In this document: positions 26,567-32,000 of the stretch, piece by piece | Layout: every line of letters starts with the position of its first letter | Position numbering within the stretch: position 1 is the first letter of the stretch | DNA from: Wolbachia endosymbiont of Drosophila innubila | GTDB taxonomy: Bacteria; Pseudomonadota; Alphaproteobacteria; Rickettsiales; Anaplasmataceae | NCBI RefSeq assembly: GCF_021378375.1 | Contig: NZ_CP076228.1 | Span: 1,050,001 to 1,082,000 of the forward strand | Direction of reading: 5' to 3' | DNA length: 32,000 nt | Notes under the pieces: model-generated | What the model was told of the DNA's origin: nothing | The model's input: the letters and a program-made list of their open reading frames with translations, nothing else | The model's database searches: none | Position numbers and translations under genes: made by a program

Positions 26567-26824
26567 ATGATTGAACAAAACAGTAAAATCGATGAAATCG
26601 ATATTGAAATCAGTGAAAAAAATGCTGAAATCGATCATTTTTATGAAGAAACTTTAGAAAAAACGAAAAATATCATCGATGAGGCGATAGCCAAAGGGTA
26701 TACGCTTGGTGATGATGATCGTAAAGTTTTAGAGCTGGTAAAGGCTAATGAGAAATTTGCTGAAAAAGTTCTAAGAGGTTGTTCGGAAACTAGTAAATTC
26801 AAGCATATTCCCTCTTTAACATAA
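26567..26824 (+). CDS. Small acidic, probably coiled-coil protein, C-terminus replaced by IS sequence
   Basis: SD AGGAG lies 7 nt before the ATG and 32 nt after the 840-aa gene. The sequence [45 protein letters not shown].. is heptad-like and acidic. From codon 70 (26774) the ORF reads into the IS inverted repeat, so the last 16 residues are IS-derived. Confidence 0.6.
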   Translation: MIEQNSKIDEIDIEISEKNAEIDHFYEETLEKTKNIIDEAIAKGYTLGDDDRKVLELVKANEKFAEKVLRGCSETSKFKHIPSLT

Positions 26825-27258
26825 CCCTACTCATAGCTAGGTATATGAAATTCTCAGTGGATGTTGTGAGTAAATCATACTCCTTCGATAGCCTTCTATT
26901 CCTATTAACCCAAGCAAAAGTCCTTTCTACAACCCATCTTCTTGGCTGTACTTTTAAACCCTTGTTCTCTTGTTGGTAGTAGCTCAGGTGGCGTATCTTT
27001 GTGCACCCAAAATCTACATGGAGGCCTTTTAACAATTTCAATATCTATGTCATATTCTTCCTTTATGTGATTCTTTAAATTTCTTCCTTGGTATCCCATG
27101 TCAGCCCACATTTTTTAACTTTAGTATATTTTGTTCTCATATTGTTTAATGCTATTTTAATACCATCTCTATCATTTTCGTTAGCAGCGCCTACGTAACA
27201 ACCTAGTATAAAACCCTGAGTGTCTGTAATTATATGCCTTTTTCTACCCTTTACTTTT
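26799..27258 (-). pseudogene. IS5-family transposase OrfB (DDE catalytic part) with an extra frameshift
   Basis: [67 protein letters not shown] is followed, in another frame, by [26 protein letters not shown]. The break is at tttAAAAgta (26952-26955 on the plus strand), where three As would give a continuous frame. Confidence 0.75.
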
Positions 27259-27628
27259 TACTTCCATCATAGCTTTGATCCCCCTTTTCTGTAGTCTTTA
27301 CAGATTGACTATCTACTATACAGGCACTCGGCTGCTCATTCTTTCCTATTTTTCTTCTACTATATTTTGTAATTTCATAATTCATTTTCTCAAAAATTCC
27401 CTGCTTCTTCCATTGCCTGAACTGCTCATACACAGTCTTCCATAGCGGAAAATCATTTGGTAAATACCGCCATTGACACCCTGTACGCAATACATAGAAA
27501 ATTGCTTCTAATATTTCTTTTTTGCTATACTTTGGCAGCCTTCCTCCTTTCTTGTATGATACTCTGAAGTGTTTTTCTATTCTTGCCCATTCCCTTTCGC
27601 TTAGATCTGTTGGATACTTTTTTCTCAT
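27251..27628 (-). CDS. IS5-family transposase OrfA (N-terminal DNA-binding part)
   Basis: 125 aa. MRKKYPTDLSEREWARIEKHF..RTGCQWRYLPNDFPLWKTVYEQFRQWKKQGIFEKM is the typical IS5/DUF4096 HTH region. It ends at AGT AAA AAG TAA, where an A5G run could support -1 slippage into the OrfB frame (KVKGRKRHIITD..). Confidence 0.8.
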   Translation of the reverse strand: MRKKYPTDLSEREWARIEKHFRVSYKKGGRLPKYSKKEILEAIFYVLRTGCQWRYLPNDFPLWKTVYEQFRQWKKQGIFEKMNYEITKYSRRKIGKNEQPSACIVDSQSVKTTEKGDQSYDGSKK

Positions 27629-27689
27629 CTTTACCCCGTACTAAAATTTCAGATATTATAGCCTTTTACTTGTTTCCGGACAACCTCTG

Positions 27690-28154
27690 ATTATAAATTT
27701 CAAATTTTTTGATAATTTGAATTACGTAAAAATCTATGCAAAGTGGATACACCAAGCTAATCAGGATACATTTCAGAACGCAGAGATCATAATCCCTATA
27801 CCGTTACATAAAATGCGCTTGTTTAAACGTAAATATAATCAAGCAGCACTGCTTGCAAAAGAATTGAGTAAGTTGTCCAATTTATCCTATACGCCATTTG
27901 CAATAAAACGCCTTCGCCATACTGCGCCTCAAGCTGGTCTTTCACTTAAACAGCGTGAAAAAAATTTAAAGAAGGCTTTTAAAACAAGCAACAAGAAAAT
28001 TATCGAAAATAAAATCGTGATATTAGTTGATGATGTGGTAACAACCGGAGCAACTGTAAGATCTTGCTCTCAGGAAATTTTAAACTCCGGTGCAAAAGAA
28101 GTGAGAGTGCTATCACTTGCAAGAACGGTGAATGATTGTGAGGCTATTACATAA
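27690..28154 (+). pseudogene. comF: ComF-family phosphoribosyltransferase-like protein, 5'-truncated by the IS
   Basis: C-terminal PRT fold: IVILVDDVVTTGATVRSC, PIPLHKMRLFKRKYNQAALLAKEL, QAGLSLKQREKNLKKAF. The frame is open upstream right to the IS end (..LIINFKFFDNLNYVKIYAKWI). The N-terminal zinc-finger part of roughly 80-90 aa expected for ComF is absent. A TTG at 27717 could still allow expression of 145 aa. Confidence 0.7.
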
Positions 28155-28221
28155 AATCTTGGCTTGCTTTTACTATATCCATAAAATTATAATTTATAGT
28201 TGAATAGTTGTTGGGGAGCGT

Positions 28222-29076
28222 ATGAGTATAAAAGAGCAAGAAATTGATGCTATATTCCAAGAAATAGAGCAAGAATCAAAAGAAAGTGACATAATTGAAG
28301 AAATTAAGCAAAAGCTGCTCGCATGTAACCAAGATACATACAATCAGTGGAAAAGACTTAATTTTCACATAGATCATTTATTTGAAATACGGCAAGAGAT
28401 TACCCATGCTTCTAGGTATTATACTACTGCGTTAAACATTGCTGCTCATAAAGGCTTAGTAAAAACAGTAAGACGTCTACTGGAGAAAGGTGCAGAGGTT
28501 AGTACACGCGATGGTGGTGGACACACTGCTCTGCATTGTGCCGCTAGCAGCGGTAATACGGAAATAATAGAATTACTACTGGAGCAAGGAGCACATATTC
28601 ACTCATGTTCTAAACTTGGCTCAACACCGCTGCATTTTGCTGCTACTAATAATCATATAAATGCAGTGAGGTGCCTGTTAAATAAAGGAGCTAGTCCTTT
28701 AGCACTAGATAATAATAATTCCATTCCCAGTATGTTTGCTACAGACAAAGAGGTGATTGCTGTCTTGGAGAAAGCAGAAGAAGAGAAGCATAAGGAAAAT
28801 GCTGCTGCTTTAAAGAAAGCAGAAGAAGAAAAACATAAGAGAGAAATGGAATGTAAGAAAAAAAGGCAAGCAAAAATGATTGCTGTAGGTGGTATTGCAA
28901 CTGCATTGATAGTGGCGGGTATTGGATACATTGTTGAATTACCTATACTAGTAACTATTGGTATATCTGTATCCATTGCATTAGTATCTGTTTGCATTGC
29001 GTACGTAATGTCAAAACCTAACACTAAAATGGAAGGAACAGAGAGCTCTGTACAGGAAATTGGTCAGAGTATATAG
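28222..29076 (+). CDS. Ankyrin-repeat protein with C-terminal transmembrane anchor
   Basis: Three to four ANK repeats (TALNIAAHKGLVKTVRRLLEKGAEV; HTALHCAASSGNTEIIELLLEQGAHI; STPLHFAATNNHINAVRCLLNKGASP). A duplicated KAEEEKHK segment follows, then two hydrophobic helices (MIAVGGIATALIVAGIGYIV; LVTIGISVSIALVSVCIAYVM). Confidence 0.88.
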   Translation: MSIKEQEIDAIFQEIEQESKESDIIEEIKQKLLACNQDTYNQWKRLNFHIDHLFEIRQEITHASRYYTTALNIAAHKGLVKTVRRLLEKGAEVSTRDGGGHTALHCAASSGNTEIIELLLEQGAHIHSCSKLGSTPLHFAATNNHINAVRCLLNKGASPLALDNNNSIPSMFATDKEVIAVLEKAEEEKHKENAAALKKAEEEKHKREMECKKKRQAKMIAVGGIATALIVAGIGYIVELPILVTIGISVSIALVSVCIAYVMSKPNTKMEGTESSVQEIGQSI

Positions 29077-29077
29077 G

Positions 29078-30652
29078 TCAAGATAAAACTTTACTTTTAA
29101 TAACTTCAACATCACTAAACTCAAAGGTTTGATTCCCTATGATTTGAAATTTCTCATGTCCTTTTCCTGCAACCAGCAGAATCATACCCTCGTTATAGGC
29201 AATATCTATGCCTTTTTCTATGGCTTCTTTCCTGTCCCCTATCTCCAGTGCACTAGGACAATATAGCAAAATATCGTGGCGAATTTTTGCAGGATCTTCA
29301 TCACGCGGATTGTCATCTGTGATTATTACTTTGTCTGCATACATTTGTGCTATTTTACCCATTTCTGAACGCTTCTTCCGATCACGATTGCCACCGCATC
29401 CAAAAACTAGGACTATTTTTTTGTTGAAGTGCCATTTTAAAGACAACAGGGCTTGTTTAAGCGCACTTGGAGTGTGTGCGTAATCCACGAATGCAAAAGG
29501 TTTAACTTTTTCCATTCTTCCTGGTGGAGAAACGAGTTTACCTATAGATATTTCTCTGTAATTCAGTCCAGACGAGGTAACTATACCAATTGCACACAAC
29601 AGATTATATGCTTGAAATTGCCCCAAAACTGGAAAAAACATGTTATAAATTTCATCGCCAATTTTAATTGTAAGGTATTGACCATTAGGGGTTGGTGTTT
29701 GCTCTAATAAAGTAATATCAGAACCTGTTTTTCCATAGGTGATAACTTTGTTGCTGCGTTTTTCAGCTATTTTAAGCAATGCATGGTACTCATTTATATC
29801 CGCATTTAAAATTACTGTTTCTCCCTCTGGTAGTACCTCATAAAATAACCTTTTCTTAGCCTCAAAATACTCATCGATACTCTTATGATAGTCCAAATGA
29901 TCTTGCGAGAAATTAGTAAAAGCTGCAGCAGTGAACCTAAGTCCATGAATTCTGTATTGGTCAATTCCATGGCTTGAAGCCTCTAATGCTAATTGTTCTA
30001 CGTTCTTACTATTTATACCACATAATGTGGAATAAAGGTCATCTGCGCCTGGAGTGGTAAGATTATCGCTATTATCTTCTCTGTCATTATTGATGCATGT
30101 TCCAAGTGTTCCAATAGACGCAGCATTATAGCCAGAGTTTTGCCAGATCTGGCGGCAAAATTCTACTACTGAAGTTTTACCATTTGTACCAGTTACAGCA
30201 GCAACATATTTGGGCTGTTTGAATTGATAAAACCTGCTGACTATTTCTCTGTATATTTCTTGAGGGTTTGGGTGGTCAAGCACTGCAAAACTCGGAGTAT
30301 TTGTCATGCAAGTAGCTGACACTGGAATCCAGTTTTTATTATGCAATTGCTTAGTGTGTTCATTTGCAATTAAATTTTCTGGATCCAAGTAGTCAAGCAC
30401 TGGGATGACATCTTTTTTGGTTCCTTGTATGACAACGTCTACACAGTCGTGTGCGTGATACTGGGATTCAGTAGGAAAAATCTGGATACATGCTGGTTTT
30501 CTAGATTCCAGCGTCACGCGCTGGAATGACACCGCAGACACACAAACAAAAAGATAACCTTCCTTTACTCTATTGGGATTACATGTAACGCCCTTGATTT
30601 CAATATCAAAGTTAACATCAATAATGTTATGCAGTAATTCTCTCAGTTTCAT
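29078..30652 (-). CDS. murE: UDP-N-acetylmuramoyl-L-alanyl-D-glutamate-2,6-diaminopimelate ligase with repeat-derived N-terminal insertions
   Basis: 524 aa. VTGTNGKTS (P-loop), LEASSHG, FTNFSQDHLDYH, DYAHTPSAL, GCGGNRD, DNPRDEDP and GKGHE are Mur ligase/MurE motifs. The P-loop is displaced about 45 residues further from the N-terminus than usual. Confidence 0.9.
   Translation of the reverse strand: MKLRELLHNIIDVNFDIEIKGVTCNPNRVKEGYLFVCVSAVSFQRVTLESRKPACIQIFPTESQYHAHDCVDVVIQGTKKDVIPVLDYLDPENLIANEHTKQLHNKNWIPVSATCMTNTPSFAVLDHPNPQEIYREIVSRFYQFKQPKYVAAVTGTNGKTSVVEFCRQIWQNSGYNAASIGTLGTCINNDREDNSDNLTTPGADDLYSTLCGINSKNVEQLALEASSHGIDQYRIHGLRFTAAAFTNFSQDHLDYHKSIDEYFEAKKRLFYEVLPEGETVILNADINEYHALLKIAEKRSNKVITYGKTGSDITLLEQTPTPNGQYLTIKIGDEIYNMFFPVLGQFQAYNLLCAIGIVTSSGLNYREISIGKLVSPPGRMEKVKPFAFVDYAHTPSALKQALLSLKWHFNKKIVLVFGCGGNRDRKKRSEMGKIAQMYADKVIITDDNPRDEDPAKIRHDILLYCPSALEIGDRKEAIEKGIDIAYNEGMILLVAGKGHEKFQIIGNQTFEFSDVEVIKSKVLS
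30303..30533. repeat. Two family-2 palindromic element copies inside the murE coding sequence
   Basis: 30303-30409: gtcatgcaagtagctgacactggaatccag ... ctggatccaagtagtcaagcactgggatgac. About 30451-30533: gtgcgtgatactgggattcag ... ctagattccagcgtcacgcgctggaatgacacc, whose ends match the 16.1-kb and 9.1-kb intergenic copies. These encode murE residues of about 40-117, including [10 protein letters not shown]. Confidence 0.8.
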
Positions 30653-31860
30653 CTGCCAGTTTTAGTGTTCAAACATGGCAACCTTGCTAGTGCAGCATTT
30701 AAATCAGAGATTAAATCTTCAGGATCTTCCAGTCCACAAAATATCCGTATAAAACTTCCACCATAATCTGAATTCATTACAGATCTTGACATAGATCTAC
30801 GATCTATTGGTAATATCAAACTGTCGCATCCTCCCCAAGAAGCACCGATACCAAAAATTTTCATGTGATCAACCATGCAGCTTAGTTCTTCACATGAATA
30901 TTCTCTATCTAGTGCTATACTGAATGTGCCGCTTGCTCCTTTGAAGTAACTTTTCCATAATTCGTGTTGAGGATGGGAGGGAAGTGCTGGATACAAAACT
31001 TTTTTGATTTTTGAATGTTTTTCTAGCCACTTTGCCACTTCCATTGCTGTATTTTGGTACCTTTTCATACGTGTGTACAATGTTCTAAGTCCCCTATGTG
31101 CAAGGTAGCAGTCGTGCGATTGAATGGTTACCCCATAATTTTTATAGCTCTCATAAAGCAATTTAAAAATTTCACCTTCAGCAATAATAGCCCCCATCAC
31201 TAAATCTGAGTGACCGGCTAGATACTTTGTCACCGCATATAGTGCAACATCAACTCCATAATCAAGCGGCTTAAATAACAAAGGAGTGGCCCATGAATTG
31301 TCACAAACGGTCACAATTTTATGTTCCTTAGCAACTTTTACTATATGCTCTATATTCGAAATCTCAAACGTTACAGAACCAGGAGTCTCGATCATTATCA
31401 ATGAAGTATTACTCTGAATTAAATCAGTTATATCCTGTGTTGGATCATAAAAAGTTACTTCTGTTCCTCTTTTTGGTAGCTCATTTTCTGCAAACCTCCT
31501 AAGCCTATAATAACTATTATCTTGAATTAAAACGTGCGAGCCTGCTTTAGCGAAAGTTAGAATAGCAAAAGTAAGTGCAAATAGTCCGGAAGGATAAATA
31601 AGCGCTTGTCCACTCCCTTCAATTTCAGCCAGTGCATTTGAAAGATAATGAACAGTAGGAGTACCAACATTACTGTAGCTATAATCCCTTGCAACACCAT
31701 CGTTGATTACATCGTATATACTTTCTCCATTTGCTGCATTTAAGTAGTCCTTGTAAGTAGGGAATAATATGGTAGAAGAATGATAAACTGGCGGGTTCAT
31801 GGAACCTTTATAGTCATTAAATTTTCTTCCTGCTTTAACTAATATAGACTCTTCCTTCAC
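30649..31860 (-). CDS. metC: Cystathionine beta-lyase (Cys/Met-metabolism PLP enzyme)
   Basis: 403 aa. MNPPVYHSSTILF, YSNVGTPTV, and YAVTKYLAGHSDLVMGA (PLP lysine context). The ATGA overlap with murE suggests co-transcription. Confidence 0.8.
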   Translation of the reverse strand: MKEESILVKAGRKFNDYKGSMNPPVYHSSTILFPTYKDYLNAANGESIYDVINDGVARDYSYSNVGTPTVHYLSNALAEIEGSGQALIYPSGLFALTFAILTFAKAGSHVLIQDNSYYRLRRFAENELPKRGTEVTFYDPTQDITDLIQSNTSLIMIETPGSVTFEISNIEHIVKVAKEHKIVTVCDNSWATPLLFKPLDYGVDVALYAVTKYLAGHSDLVMGAIIAEGEIFKLLYESYKNYGVTIQSHDCYLAHRGLRTLYTRMKRYQNTAMEVAKWLEKHSKIKKVLYPALPSHPQHELWKSYFKGASGTFSIALDREYSCEELSCMVDHMKIFGIGASWGGCDSLILPIDRRSMSRSVMNSDYGGSFIRIFCGLEDPEDLISDLNAALARLPCLNTKTGR

Positions 31861-31867
31861 ATTTTTA

Positions 31868-32000
31868 TTATTTATTTTTTAAATTGTACTCATCTTGCGT
31901 ATACAAGTGAAGAGAAATTGCATGTATTAGCTCTATCTCACCCTTCAATAACTCATAAATCAACTTGTGTCTTTTTAGAACGCTCATTCCAATAAAGCCG
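31868..32000 (-). CDS. BolA-family protein, C-terminal 43 codons (5' end beyond window)
   Basis: The minus strand reads ..FIGMSVLKRHKLIYELLKGEIELIHAISLHLYTQDEYNLKNK*. This matches the BolA C-terminal pattern (..R.VY..L...I...IHALS..TYTP.E). Not in the ORF track because it is short and partial. Confidence 0.6.
   Translation of the reverse strand, partial: GFIGMSVLKRHKLIYELLKGEIELIHAISLHLYTQDEYNLKNK

Larger units (their letters stand above)
26774..27688 (-). mobile_element. IS5-family insertion sequence (about 915 bp, ISWpi1-like by size and organisation)
   Basis: Terminal inverted repeats are agaggttgttcggaaactagtaaa (26774-) and agaggttgtccggaaacaagtaaa (reverse complement of -27688), 22 of 24 identical. 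Two overlapping transposase frames on the minus strand include DDE-type C-terminal motif [20 protein letters not shown]. The flanking triplets (cta/taa left, tga/gat right) show no obvious matching target duplication. Confidence 0.85.

Overview
AT-rich endosymbiont chromosome. An ankyrin-repeat gene, Rpn-family nuclease genes, an ISWpi1-like IS5 element, group II introns and scattered nuo genes point to Wolbachia (Rickettsiales); this is inference, no search was run. Housekeeping backbone: FbpB-like permease (5' partial), dxr, mlaFE-like ABC pair, rpmF-plsX-fabH, a TrxR-like ferredoxin-NADP reductase, tRNA-Ser, mnmE, nuoI, thrS-infC, nuoF, tRNA-Lys, a truncated comF, murE-metC and a partial bolA. 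Between these lie many mobile or decayed elements. Two different group II introns are each inserted in an Rpn-family gene, one sense and one antisense, and both have frameshifted RT genes but apparently intact domains V/VI. An IS5-family copy cuts two genes. Two families of short palindromic MITE-like repeats occur, one of which sits in-frame inside mnmE and murE. The most unusual block is 22.1-26.8 kb. It holds a stand-alone DnaB C-terminal-domain helicase whose RBS and first codons lie in a 203-bp palindrome with a 45-bp pure A/T core. It also holds an RHH-RelE toxin-antitoxin pair, an 840-aa orphan with a tail-fibre-like N-terminus, and a small coiled-coil ORF truncated by the IS. I read this as an integrated or degraded plasmid- or phage-like replicon carrying uncharacterised cargo. 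All frameshifts seen are in A/T homopolymers within repeated elements, so assembly error must be excluded.
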